A stretch of DNA of 64,000 nucleotides. It comes from Eledone cirrhosa (taxonomy: Eukaryota). The notes beneath the pieces were generated by a model, which was not told the origin of the DNA, did no database searches, and saw only the letters and a program-made list of their open reading frames with translations. The translations under genes were made by a program, and so were the position numbers. Below are positions 13,745 to 27,600 of this stretch, one piece after another. Each line of letters begins with the position of its first letter. Position 1 is the stretch's first letter. The stretch is from the NCBI GenBank assembly GCA_964016885.1, contig OZ024740.1:424452001-424516000 (forward strand). The letters run 5' to 3'.

Positions 13745-13750
<6 letters not shown>
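13614..13750. mobile_element. Short (TA)n-inserted element, family 'GGAAATGTGGTAAGGAACCAG', with internal inversion
   Basis: Copies at 49160-49455, 49997-50107, 50273-50420, 56700-56852, 61900-62025 and 62195-62410. Confidence 0.8.
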
Positions 13751-13811
<61 letters not shown>

Positions 13812-13891
13812 AGTATATGGAGAAACAGTAAAATACGATAAAGTACAATGAAAACCTGTATTAGTTTTTAACGCTTGGTATAGAAGGATAA

Positions 13892-13928
13892 AATCTTAAC
13901 GTTTCGGAAATTAATCCTTCATCAGGAT
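13892..13928 (-). ncRNA. Minimal type I hammerhead ribozyme motif (PLE pLTR-type)
   Basis: Minus strand ATC-CTGATGA-AGGA-TTAATT-TCC-GAAAC-GTTAAGAT; helix I is imperfect. Confidence 0.55.
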
Positions 13929-14080
13929 GTATCGAAAAATAAAAGGTATAGAAACATATTTGAGAGTGAGAGGAGTAAAAGCACATGTGTATTAAGTTAA
14001 CCATTTTGGGGTTGCTCAAATACGTACATGGATGTATGTATATATGTATGTATGTTTTTTATGTATGTATATGTGTGTGT

Positions 14081-14137
<57 letters not shown>

Positions 14138-14167
14138 TGTGTCTGTATGTGTGTATGCATACTGTAA

Positions 14168-14335
14168 TAGTCCGGGGTCCTAGGAACCCCAGCTTTTTAA
14201 TAAGCTGCCAAAAATGTATATATTTTCAAGAGACATCTCGACATTCTACTGACCGAGATCCCGGATGAACCAAAAACACGAAGCGAAGCACAAATAAGAG
14301 CAACAGCAACAAACATCCTTTTGCAACAATACCGG
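14168..14335 (+). mobile_element. CR1/L2-type LINE ORF2 C-terminal remnant
   Basis: RGP..QLFNKLPK / NVYIFKRHLDILLTEIPDEPKTRSEAQIRATATNILLQQ fits the GP.LFN.LP..FK..LD..L..IPD.P pattern at the end of ORF2. Confidence 0.7.
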
Positions 14336-14394
14336 TGCGGCAGCATGACCTCAGCTTGTCGGCTGGAACACATATGGTGTAATAGAGTAATATA

Positions 14395-14578
14395 AAGACA
14401 TTTTTTCCAATTCCTTTCCGCCCGACCATCAATATATTTTATTTCTCATTCTTTCTTCTGGAGAAGGACTAGCGTCCGAAACGTTAAGACCCTTTTCCTG
14501 CTATATCAAGGCTTAACCTAATATATACCTTCCATATACTGTACCGATTGTGTTGTTATTTCTGTTTACCTTTTACAC
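14395..14578 (+). mobile_element. PLE pLTR-like 3' end with mutated minimal HHR (14454-14489)
   Basis: TCTT-CTGGAGA-AGGACTAGCGTCC-GAAACGTT-AAGA; a close copy with intact CTGATGA lies on - at 53405-53590. Confidence 0.7.
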
Positions 14579-14899
14579 ATATATATATATATATCCAGGG
14601 AGTGCAACGCTGAGTTACTGTATAGGTTCACCCGGGTGAGCACTCGATGTTTAGGTTCACTTCTGTATCGAGGTGTAGAGCTAGACAGAGTGTAGTATAA
14701 TAAAATGTTTCGTTTTATTTTATAATATAAATATATATGCAGTTGAAATAGTCGAGAGTGGCATGAACCCCATTGGACCGTTATTTTCACGTCTCTGTTC
14801 ACCAAATCAGTACAGATTCAAATGAGGGATCAACATTGTATGTGGGTAAACAAAATAAGTAAAGCTGTCAAGTTAAGCTCGTCCTGAGAGGAGTGACCA

Positions 14900-15480
14900 C
14901 CAATAAGACTGTCTGAGTCAGACATCGTGAGCCATAAAGGAGGTGGGGGTGAGATGGCAGTCATGTGACTGTGTATATAACTGTCTGAGTCAGGCATCGT
15001 GAGCCATAAAGGGGTGGGGTCACATAGCAGTCATGTGACTGTGTATATGACTGTCTGAGTCAGGCATTGTGAGCCATAAAGGGGTGGGGTCACATAGCAG
15101 TCATGTGACTGTGTATATGACTGTCTGAGTCAGGCATTGTGGGCCATAAAGGGGTGGGGTCACATAGCAGTCATGCGACTGTGTATATGACTGTCCGAGT
15201 TAGACATGGTGTGCATAAAGGAGGTAGGTGGAGTGAGATAGCAGTCATGTGACTGTGTATATGACTGTCCGAGTTAGACATCGCGATGCATAAAGGAGGT
15301 GGGGGTGAGGTAGTAGTCATGTGACTGTGTATAAGACTTTCTGAGTCAAACATCTTGAGCCATAAAGGAGGTGGGGGTGACGTAGCACTCATGTGACTGT
15401 GTATAAGACTGTCTGAGTCAGACATCGCGAACCATAAAGGAGGTGGGGTGAGGTAGTAGTCATGTGACAGTGTTTTGTAT
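14900..15480 (+). repeat. ~70-bp minisatellite, ~8 copies
   Basis: GAGCCATAAAGGGGTGGGGTCACATAGCAGTCATGTGACTGTG.. recurs at 15001, 15071 and 15141; outer copies are diverged. Confidence 0.92.
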
Positions 15481-15625
15481 GACATTAAGGTGTTTTAAGA
15501 TGTGTCTGGGATATTCTATCATGTAGTGTGAATGGATGGTGGAGAGGGTGGGACTCGTGGGGAGCTAAATATTTGTTCAGAAAAATATTTTCAGTTCATC
15601 ATATCACCTTAATTGGGAGAAGTGA
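15480..15625 (-). mobile_element. LINE remnant (region just after the APE endonuclease domain)
   Basis: Minus strand reads ITSLSSHHF.. then N*KYFSEQIFSSPRVPPSPPSIHT..RHIL, resembling the SDH motif followed by the ANW linker. Confidence 0.45.
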
Positions 15626-18600
15626 TGGCTAGAGAGTGATGTGATCTGTGTAAGGATGGTTATTATTGGGACAGGATGACTAGAGTCTGATGTGATCTGT
15701 GTAAGGATGGTTATTATTGGGAAGGGATGACTAGAGTGTGATGTGATCTGTGTAAGGATGGTTATTATTGGGACAGGATGACTAGAGTGTGATGTGATCT
15801 GTGTAAGGATGGTTATTATTGGGACAGGATGACTAGAGTGTGATGTGATCTGTGTGAGGATGGTTATTATTGGGACAGGATGACTAGAGTGTGATGTGAT
15901 CTGTGTAAGGATGGTTATTATTGGGACAGGATGACTAGAGTGTGATGTGATCTGTGTGAGGATGGTTATTATTGGGACAGGATGACTAGAGTGTGATGTG
16001 ATCTGTGTAAGGATGGTTATTATTGGGACAGGATGACTAGAGTGTGATGTGATCTGTGTGAGGATGGTTATTATTGGGACAGGATGACTAGAGTGTGATG
16101 TGATCTGTGTAAGGATGGTTATTATTGGGACAGGATGACTAGAGTGTGATGTGATCTGTGTGAGGATGGTTATTATTGGGACAGGATGACTAGAGTGTGA
16201 TGTGATCTGTGTAAGGATGGTTATTATTGGGACAGGATGACTAGAGTGTGATGTGATCTGTGTAAGGATGGTTATTATTGGGACAGGATGACTAGAATGT
16301 GATGTGATCTGTGTAAGGATGGTTATTATTGGGAAGGGATGACTAGAGTGTGATGTGATCTGTGTAAGGATGGTTATTATTGGGAAGGGATGACTAGAGT
16401 GTGATGTGATCTGTGTGAGGATGGTTATTATTGGGAAGCGATGACTAGAGTGTGATGTGATCTATGTAACGATGGTTATTATTGGGACAGGATGACTAGA
16501 GTGTGATGTGATCTGTGTAAGGATGGTTATTATTGGGACAGGATGACTAGAATGTGATGTGATCTGTGTAAGGATGGTTATTATTGGGACAGGATGACTA
16601 GAGTTTGATGTGATCTATGTAAGGATGGTTATTATTGGGACAGGATGACTAGAGTGTGATGTGATCTGTGTGAGGATGGTTATTATTGGGAAGGGATGAC
16701 TAGAGTGTGATGTGATCTGTGTGAGGATGGTTATTATTGGGACAGGATGACTAGAGTGTGATGTGATCTGTGTAAGGATGGTTATTATTGGGAAGGGATG
16801 ACTAGAGTGTGATGTCATCTGTGTAAGGATGGTTATTATTGGGAAGGGATGACTAGAGTGTGATGTGATCTATGTAAGGATGGTTATTATTGGGACAGGA
16901 TGACTAGAGTGTGATGTGATCTGTGTGAGGATGGTTATTATTGGGAAGGGATGACTAGAGTGTGATGTAATCTGTGTGAGGATGGTTATTATTGGGAAGG
17001 GATGACTAGAGTGTGATGTAATCTGTGTAAGGATGGTTATTATTGGGAAGGGATGACTAGAGTGTGATGTGATCTATGTAAGGATGGTTATTATTGGGAC
17101 AGGATGACTAGAGTGTGATGTGATCTGTGTGAGGATGGTTATTATTGGGACAGGATGACTAGAGTGTAATGTGATCTGTGTAAGGATGGCTATTATTGGG
17201 ACAGGATGACTAGAGTGTGATGTGATCTGTGTAAGGATGGTTATTATTGGGACAGGATGACTAGAGAGTGATGTGATCTGTGTGAGGATGGTTATTATTG
17301 GGACAGGATGACTAGAGTGTGATGTGATCTGTGTAAGGATGGCTATTATTGGGACAGGATGACTAGAGTGTGATGTGATCTGTGTAAGGATGGTTATTAT
17401 TGGGACAGGATGACTAGAGAGTGATGTGATCTGTGTGAGGATGGTTATTATTGGGACAGGATGACTAGAATGTGATGTGATCTGTGTAAGGATGGTTATT
17501 ATTGGGACAGGATGACTAGAGTGTGATGTGATCTGTGAAAGGATGGTTATTATTGGGACAGGATGACTAGAGTGTGATGTGATCTGTGTAAGGATGGCTA
17601 TTATTGGGAAGGGATGACTAGTGTGTCATGTGATCTGTGTAAGGATGGTTATTATTGGGACAGGATGACTAGAGAGTGATGTGATCTGTGTGAGGATGGT
17701 TATTATTGGGAAGGGATAACTAGAGTGTGATGTGATCTGTGTAAGGATGGTTATTATTGGGACAGGATGACTAGAATGTGATGTGATCTGTGTAAGGATG
17801 GTTATTATTCGGAAGGGATGACTAGAGTGTGATGTGATCTATGTAAGGATGGTTATTATTGGGACAGGATGACTAGAATGTGATGTGATCTGTGTAAGGA
17901 TGGTTATTATTGGGACAGGATGACTAGAGAGTGATGTGATCTGTGTGAGGATGGTTATTATTGGGACAGGATGACTAGAGTGTGATGTGATCTGTGTGAG
18001 GATGGTTATTATTGGGACAGGATGACTAGAGAGTGATGTGATCTGTGTGAGGATGGTTATTATTGGGAAGGGATGACTAGAGTGTGATGTGAACTGTGTA
18101 AGGATGGTTATTATTGGGACAGGATGACTAGAGTGTGATGTGATCTGTGTAAGGATGGTTATTATTGGGACAGGATGACTAGAGTGTGATGTGATCTGTG
18201 TAAGGATGGTTATTATTGGGAAGGGATAACTAGAGTGTGATGTGATCTGTGTAAGGATGGTTATTATTGGGACAGGATGACTAGAGTGTGATGTGATCTG
18301 TGTAAGGATGGTTATTATTGGGACAGGATGACTAGAGTGTGATGTGATCTGTGTAAGGATGGTTATTATTGGGACAGGATGACTAGAGTGTGATGTGATC
18401 TGTGTAAGGATGGTTATTATTGGGAAGGGATAACTAGAGTGTGATGTGATCTGTGTAAGGATGGTTATTATTGGGACAGGATGACTAGAATGTGATGTTA
18501 TCTGTGTAAGGATGGTTATTATTGGGAAGGGATAACTAGAGTGTGATGTGATCTGTGTAAGGATGGTTATTATTGGGACAGGATGACTAGAGTGTGATGT

Positions 18601-21600
18601 GATCTGTGTAAGGATGGTTATTATTGGGAAGGGATAACTAGAGTGTGATGTGATCTGTGTAAGGATGGTTATTATTGGGACAGGATGACTAGAATGTGAT
18701 GTGATCTGTGTAAGGATGGTTATTATTGGGACAGGATGACTAGAGTGTGATGTGATCTGTGTAAGGATGGTTATTATTGGGAAGGGATTACTAGAGTGTG
18801 ATGTGATCTGTGTAAGGATGGTTATTATTGGGACAGGATGACTAGAATGTGATGTGATCTGTGTAAGGATGGTTATTATTGGGAAGGGATGACTAGAGTG
18901 TGATGTGATCTGTGTAAGGATGGTTATTATTGGGACAGGATGACTAGAATGTGATGTGATCTGTGTAAGGATGGTTATTATTGGGAAGGGATTACTAGAG
19001 TGTGATGTGATCTGTGTAAGGATGGTTATTATTGGGACAGGATGACTAGAATGTGATGTGATCTGTGTAAGGATGGTTATTATTGGGAAGGGATGACTAG
19101 AGTGTGATGTGATCTGTGTAAGGATGGTTATTATTGGGACAGGATGACTAGAATGTGATGTGATCTGTGTAAGGATGGTTATTATTGGGAAGGGATGACT
19201 AGAGTGTGATGTGATCTGTGTAAGGATGGTTATTATTGGGACAGGATGACTAGAATGTGATGTGATCTGTGTAAGGATGGTTATTATTGGGAAGGGATTA
19301 CTAGAGTGTGATGTGATCTGTGTAAGGATGGTTATTATTGGGACAGGATGACTAGAATGTGATGTGATCTGTGTAAGGATGGTTATTATTGGGAAGGGAT
19401 GACTAGAGTGTGATGTGATCTGTGTAAGGATGGTTATTATTGGGACAGGATGACTAGAATGTGATGTGATCTGTGTAAGGATGGTTATTATTGGGAAGGG
19501 ATAACTAGAGTGTGATGTGATCTGTGTAAGGATGGTTATTATTGGGACAGGATGACTAGAGTGTGATGTGATCTGTGTAAGGATGGTTATTATTGGGACA
19601 GGATGACTAGAGTGTGATGTGATCTGTGTAAGGATGGTTATTATTGGGACAGGATGACTAGAGTGTGATGTGATCTGTGTAAGGATGGTTATTATTGGGA
19701 CAGGATGACTAGAGTGTGATGTGATCTGTGTAAGGATGGTTATTATTGGGACAGGATGACTAGAGTGTGATGTGATCTGTGTAAGGATGGTTATTATTGG
19801 GACAGGATGACTAGAGTGTGATGTGATCTGTGTAAGGATGGTTATTATTGGGACAGGATGACTAGAGTGTGATGTGATCTGTGTAAGGATGGTTATTATT
19901 GGGACAGGATGACTAGAGTGTGATGTGATCTGTGTAAGGATGGTTATTATTGGGACAGGATGACTAGAGTGTGATGTGATCTGTGTAAGGATGGTTATTA
20001 TTGGGAAGGGATGACTAGAGTGTGATGTCATCTGTGTAAGGATGGTTATTATTGGGAAGGGATGACTAGAGTGTGATGTGATCTATGTAAGGATGGTTAT
20101 TATTGGGACAGGATGACTAGAGTGTGATGTGATCTGTGTGAGGATGGTTATTATTGGGAAGGGATGACTAGAGTGTGATGTAATCTGTGTGAGGATGGTT
20201 ATTATTGGGAAGGGATGACTAGAGTGTGATGTAATCTGTGTAAGGATGGTTATTATTGGGAAGGGATGACTAGAGTGTGATGTGATCTATGTAAGGATGG
20301 TTATTATTGGGACAGGATGACTAGAGTGTGATGTGATCTGTGTGAGGATGGTTATTATTGGGACAGGATGACTAGAGTGTAATGTGATCTGTGTAAGGAT
20401 GGCTATTATTGGGACAGGATGACTAGAGTGTGATGTGATCTGTGTAAGGATGGTTATTATTGGGACAGGATGACTAGAGAGTGATGTGATCTGTGTGAGG
20501 ATGGTTATTATTGGGACAGGATGACTAGAGTGTGATGTGATCTGTGTAAGGATGGCTATTATTGGGACAGGATGACTAGAGTGTGATGTGATCTGTGTAA
20601 GGATGGTTATTATTGGGACAGGATGACTAGAGAGTGATGTGATCTGTGTGAGGATGGTTATTATTGGGACAGGATGACTAGAATGTGATGTGATCTGTGT
20701 AAGGATGGTTATTATTGGGACAGGATGACTAGAGTGTGATGTGATCTGTGAAAGGATGGTTATTATTGGGACAGGATGACTAGAGTGTGATGTGATCTGT
20801 GTAAGGATGGCTATTATTGGGAAGGGATGACTAGTGTGTCATGTGATCTGTGTAAGGATGGTTATTATTGGGACAGGATGACTAGAGAGTGATGTGATCT
20901 GTGTGAGGATGGTTATTATTGGGAAGGGATAACTAGAGTGTGATGTGATCTGTGTAAGGATGGTTATTATTGGGACAGGATGACTAGAATGTGATGTGAT
21001 CTGTGTAAGGATGGTTATTATTCGGAAGGGATGACTAGAGTGTGATGTGATCTATGTAAGGATGGTTATTATTGGGACAGGATGACTAGAATGTGATGTG
21101 ATCTGTGTAAGGATGGTTATTATTGGGACAGGATGACTAGAGAGTGATGTGATCTGTGTGAGGATGGTTATTATTGGGACAGGATGACTAGAGTGTGATG
21201 TGATCTGTGTGAGGATGGTTATTATTGGGACAGGATGACTAGAGAGTGATGTGATCTGTGTGAGGATGGTTATTATTGGGAAGGGATGACTAGAGTGTGA
21301 TGTGAACTGTGTAAGGATGGTTATTATTGGGACAGGATGACTAGAGTGTGATGTGATCTGTGTAAGGATGGTTATTATTGGGACAGGATGACTAGAGTGT
21401 GATGTGATCTGTGTAAGGATGGTTATTATTGGGAAGGGATAACTAGAGTGTGATGTGATCTGTGTAAGGATGGTTATTATTGGGACAGGATGACTAGAGT
21501 GTGATGTGATCTGTGTAAGGATGGTTATTATTGGGACAGGATGACTAGAGTGTGATGTGATCTGTGTAAGGATGGTTATTATTGGGACAGGATGACTAGA

Positions 21601-24600
21601 GTGTGATGTGATCTGTGTAAGGATGGTTATTATTGGGAAGGGATAACTAGAGTGTGATGTGATCTGTGTAAGGATGGTTATTATTGGGACAGGATGACTA
21701 GAATGTGATGTGATCTGTGTAAGGATGGTTATTATTGGGAAGGGATAACTAGAGTGTGATGTGATCTGTGTAAGGATGGTTATTATTGGGACAGGATGAC
21801 TAGAGTGTGATGTGATCTGTGTAAGGATGGTTATTATTGGGAAGGGATAACTAGAGTGTGATGTGATCTGTGTAAGGATGGTTATTATTGGGACAGGATG
21901 ACTAGAATGTGATGTGATCTGTGTAAGGATGGTTATTATTGGGACAGGATGACTAGAGTGTGATGTGATCTGTGTAAGGATGGTTATTATTGGGAAGGGA
22001 TTACTAGAGTGTGATGTGATCTGTGTAAGGATGGTTATTATTGGGACAGGATGACTAGAATGTGATGTGATCTGTGTAAGGATGGTTATTATTGGGAAGG
22101 GATGACTAGAGTGTGATGTGATCTGTGTAAGGATGGTTATTATTGGGACAGGATGACTAGAATGTGATGTGATCTGTGTAAGGATGGTTATTATTGGGAA
22201 GGGATTACTAGAGTGTGATGTGATCTGTGTAAGGATGGTTATTATTGGGACAGGATGACTAGAATGTGATGTGATCTGTGTAAGGATGGTTATTATTGGG
22301 AAGGGATGACTAGAGTGTGATGTGATCTGTGTAAGGATGGTTATTATTGGGACAGGATGACTAGAATGTGATGTGATCTGTGTAAGGATGGTTATTATTG
22401 GGAAGGGATGACTAGAGTGTGATGTGATCTGTGTAAGGATGGTTATTATTGGGACAGGATGACTAGAATGTGATGTGATCTGTGTAAGGATGGTTATTAT
22501 TGGGAAGGGATTACTAGAGTGTGATGTGATCTGTGTAAGGATGGTTATTATTGGGACAGGATGACTAGAATGTGATGTGATCTGTGTAAGGATGGTTATT
22601 ATTGGGAAGGGATGACTAGAGTGTGATGTGATCTGTGTAAGGATGGTTATTATTGGGACAGGATGACTAGAATGTGATGTGATCTGTGTAAGGATGGTTA
22701 TTATTGGGAAGGGATAACTAGAGTGTGATGTGATCTGTGTAAGGATGGTTATTATTGGGACAGGATGACTAGAGTGTGATGTGATCTGTGTAAGGATGGT
22801 TATTATTGGGACAGGATGACTAGAGTGTGATGTGATCTGTGTAAGGATGGTTATTATTGGGACAGGATGACTAGAGTGTGATGTGATCTGTGTAAGGATG
22901 GTTATTATTGGGACAGGATGACTAGAGTGTGATGTGATCTGTGTAAGGATGGTTATTATTGGGACAGGATGACTAGAGTGTGATGTGATCTGTGTAAGGA
23001 TGGTTATTATTGGGACAGGATGACTAGAGTGTGATGTGATCTGTGTAAGGATGGTTATTATTGGGACAGGATGACTAGAGTGTGATGTGATCTGTGTAAG
23101 GATGGTTATTATTGGGACAGGATGACTAGAGTGTGATGTGATCTGTGTAAGGATGGTTATTATTGGGACAGGATGACTAGAGTGTGATGTGATCTGTGTA
23201 AGGATGGTTATTATTGGGACAGGATGACTAGAATGTGATGTGATCTGTGTAAGGATGGTTATTATTGGGATGGGATGACTAGAGTGTGATGTGATCTGTG
23301 TAAGGATGGTTATTATTGGGACAGGATGACTAGAATGTGATGTGATCTGTGTAAGGATGGTTATTATTGGGATGGGATGACTAGAGTGTGATGTGATCTG
23401 TGTAAGGATGGTTATTATTGGGAAGGGATAACTAGAGTGTGATGTGATCTGTGTAAGGATGGTTATTATTGGGAAGGGATAACTAGAGTGTGATGTGATC
23501 TGTGTAAGGATGGTTATTATTGGGACAGGATGACTAGAGTGTGATGTGATCTGTGTAAGGATGGTTATTATTGGGACAGGATGACTAGAGTGTGATGTGA
23601 TATGTGTAAGGGTGGTTATTATTCGGAAGGGATGACTAGAGTGTGATGTAATCTGTGTAAGGATGGTTATTATTGGGACAGGATGACTAGAATGTGATGT
23701 GATCTGTGTAAGGATGGTTATTATTGGGAAGGGATGACTAGAGTGTGATGTGATCTGTGTAAGGATGGTTATTATTGGGAAGGGATAACTAGAGTGTGAT
23801 GTGATCTGTGTAAGGATGGTTATTATTGGGACAGGATGACTAGAGTGTGATGTGATCTGTGTAAGGATGGTTATTATTGGGACAGGATGACTAGAGTGTG
23901 ATGTGATCTGTGTAAGGATGGTTATTATTGGGACAGGATGACTAGAGTGTGATGTGATCTGTGTAAGGATGGTTATTATTGGGACAGGATGACTAGAGTG
24001 TGATGTGATCTGTGTAAGGATGGTTATTATTGGGACAGGATGACTAGAGTGTGATGTGATCTGTGTAAGGATGGTTATTATTGGGACAGGATGACTAGAG
24101 TGTGATGTGATCTGTGTAAGGATGGTTATTATTGGGACAGGATGACTAGAGTGTGATGTGATCTGTGTAAGGATGGTTATTATTGGGACAGGATGACTAG
24201 AGTGTGATGTGATCTGTGTAAGGATGGTTATTATTGGGACAGGATGACTAGAGTGTGATGTGATCTGTGTAAGGATGGTTATTATTGGGACAGGATGACT
24301 AGAGTGTGATGTGATCTGTGTAAGGATGGTTATTATTGGGACAGGATGACTAGAGTGTGATGTGATCTGTGTAAGGATGGTTATTATTGGGACAGGATGA
24401 CTAGAATGTGATGTGATCTGTGTAAGGATGGTTATTATTGGGATGGGATGACTAGAGTGTGATGTGATCTGTGTAAGGATGGTTATTATTGGGACAGGAT
24501 GACTAGAATGTGATGTGATCTGTGTAAGGATGGTTATTATTGGGATGGGATGACTAGAGTGTGATGTGATCTGTGTAAGGATGGTTATTATTGGGAAGGG

Positions 24601-27600
24601 ATAACTAGAGTGTGATGTGATCTGTGTAAGGATGGTTATTATTGGGAAGGGATAACTAGAGTGTGATGTGATCTGTGTAAGGATGGTTATTATTGGGACA
24701 GGATGACTAGAGTGTGATGTGATCTGTGTAAGGATGGTTATTATTGGGACAGGATGACTAGAGTGTGATGTGATCTGTGTAAGGATGGTTATTATTGGGA
24801 CAGGATGACTAGAGTGTGATGTGATCTGTGTAAGGATGGTTATTATTGGGACAGGATGACTAGAGTGTGATGTGATCTGTGTAAGGATGGTTATTATTGG
24901 GAAGGGATGACTAGCGTGTGATGTGATCTGTGTAAGGATGGTTATTATTGGGACAGGATGACTAGAGTGTGATGTGATCTGTGTAATGATGGTTATTATT
25001 GGGACAGGATGACTAGAGTGTGATGTGATCTGTGTAAGGATGGTTATTATTGGGACAGGATGACTAGAGTGTGATGTGATCTGTGTAAGGATGGTTATTA
25101 TTGGGACAGGATGACTAGAGTGTGATGTGATCTGTGTAAGGATGGTTATTATTGGGACAGGATGACTAGAGTGTGATGTGATCTGTGTAAGGATGGTTAT
25201 TATTGGGACAGGATGACTAGAGTGTGATGTGATCTGTGTAAGGATGGTTATTATTGGGACAGGATGACTAGAGTGTGATGTGATCTGTGTAAGGATGGTT
25301 ATTATTGGGACAGGATGACTAGAGTGTGATGTGATCTGTGTAAGGATGGTTATTATTGGGACAGGATGACTAGAGTGTGATGTGATCTGTGTAAGGATGG
25401 TTATTATTGGGACAGGATGACTAGAGTGTGATGTGATCTGTGTAAGGATGGTTATTATTGGGACAGGATGACTAGAGTGTGATGTGATCTGTGTAAGGAT
25501 GGTTATTATTGGGACAGGATGACTAGAGTGTGATGTGATCTGTGTAAGGATGGTTATTATTGGGACAGGATGACTAGAGTGTGATGTGATCTGTGTAAGG
25601 ATGGTTATTATTGGGACAGGATGACTAGAGTGTGATGTGATCTGTGTAAGGATGGTTATTATTGGGACAGGATGACTAGAGTGTGATGTGATCTGTGTAA
25701 GGATGGTTATTATTGGGACAGGATGACTAGAGTGTGATGTGATCTGTGTAAGGATGGTTATTATTGGGACAGGATGACTAGAGTGTGATGTGATCTGTGT
25801 AAGGATGGTTATTATTGGGAAGGGATAACTAGAGTGTGATGTGATCTGTGTAAGGATGGTTATTATTGGGACAGGATGACTAGAATGTGATGTGATCTGT
25901 GTAAGGATGGTTATTATTGGGAAGGGATGACTAGAGTGTGATGTGATCTGTGTAAGGATGGTTATTATTGGGACAGGATGACTAGAGTGTGATGTGATCT
26001 GTGTAAGGATGGTTATTATTGGGACAGGATGACTAGAGTGTGATGTGATCTGTGTAAGGATGGTTATTATTGGGACAGGATGACTAGAGTGTGATGTGAT
26101 CTGTGTAAGGATGGTTATTATTGGGACAGGATGACTAGAGTGTGATGTGATCTGTGTAAGGATGGTTATTATTGGGAAGGGATGACTAGCGTGTGATGTG
26201 ATCTGTGTAAGGATGGTTATTATTGGGACAGGATGACTAGAGTGTGATGTGATCTGTGTAATGATGGTTATTATTGGGACAGGATGACTAGAGTGTGATG
26301 TGATCTGTGTAAGGATGGTTATTATTGGGACAGGATGACTAGAGTGTGATGTGATCTGTGTAAGGATGGTTATTATTGGGACAGGATGACTAGAGTGTGA
26401 TGTGATCTGTGTAAGGATGGTTATTATTGGGACAGGATGACTAGAGTGTGATGTGATCTGTGTAAGGATGGTTATTATTGGGACAGGATGACTAGAGTGT
26501 GATGTGATCTGTGTAAGGATGGTTATTATTGGGACAGGATGACTAGAGTGTGATGTGATCTGTGTAAGGATGGTTATTATTGGGAAGGGATGACTAGAGT
26601 GTGATGTGATCTGTGTAAGGATGGTTATTATTGGGACAGGATGACTAGAGTGTGATGTGATCTGTGTAAGGATGGTTATTATTGGGGACAGGATGACTAG
26701 AATGTGATGGGATCTGTGTAAGGATGGTTATTATTGGGAAGGGATGACTAGAGTGTGATGTAATCTGTGTAAGGATGGTTATTATTGGGAAGGGATGACT
26801 AGAGTGTGATGTGATCTATGTAAGGATGGTTATTATTGGGACAGGATGACTAGAGTGTGATGTGATCTGTGTGAGGATGGTTATTATTGGGACAGGATGA
26901 CTAGAGTGTGATGTGATCTGCGTAAGGATGGCTATTATTGGGACAGGATGACTAGAGTGTGATGTGATCTGTGTAAGGATGGTTATTATTGGGACAGGAT
27001 GACTAGAGAGTGATGTGATCTGTGTGAGGATGGTTATTATTGGGACAGGATGACTAGAGTGTGATGTGATCTGTGTAAGGATGGCTATTATTGGGACAGG
27101 ATGACTAGAGTGTGATGTGATCTGTGTAAGGATGGTTATTATTGGGACAGGATGACTAGAGAGTGATGTGATCTGTGTGAGGATGGTTATTATTGGGACA
27201 GGATGACTAGAGTGTGATGTGAACTGTGTAAGGATGGTTATTATTGGAACAGGATGACAAGAGAGTGATGTGATCTGTGTAAGGATGGTTATTATTGTGA
27301 CAGGATGACTAGAGTGTGATGTGATCTGTGTAAGGATGGTTATTATTGGGACAGGATGACTAGAGTGTGATGTGATCTGTGTAAGGATGGTTATTATTGG
27401 GACAGGATGACTAGAGTGTGATGTGATCTGTGTAAGGATGGTTATTATTGGGAAGGGATGACTAGAGTGTGATGTGATCTGTGTAAGGATGGTTATTATT
27501 GGGACAGGATGACTAGAGTGTGATGTGATCTGTGTAAGGATGGTTATTATTGGGACAGGATGACTAGAATGTGATGGGATCTGTGTAAGGATGGTTATTA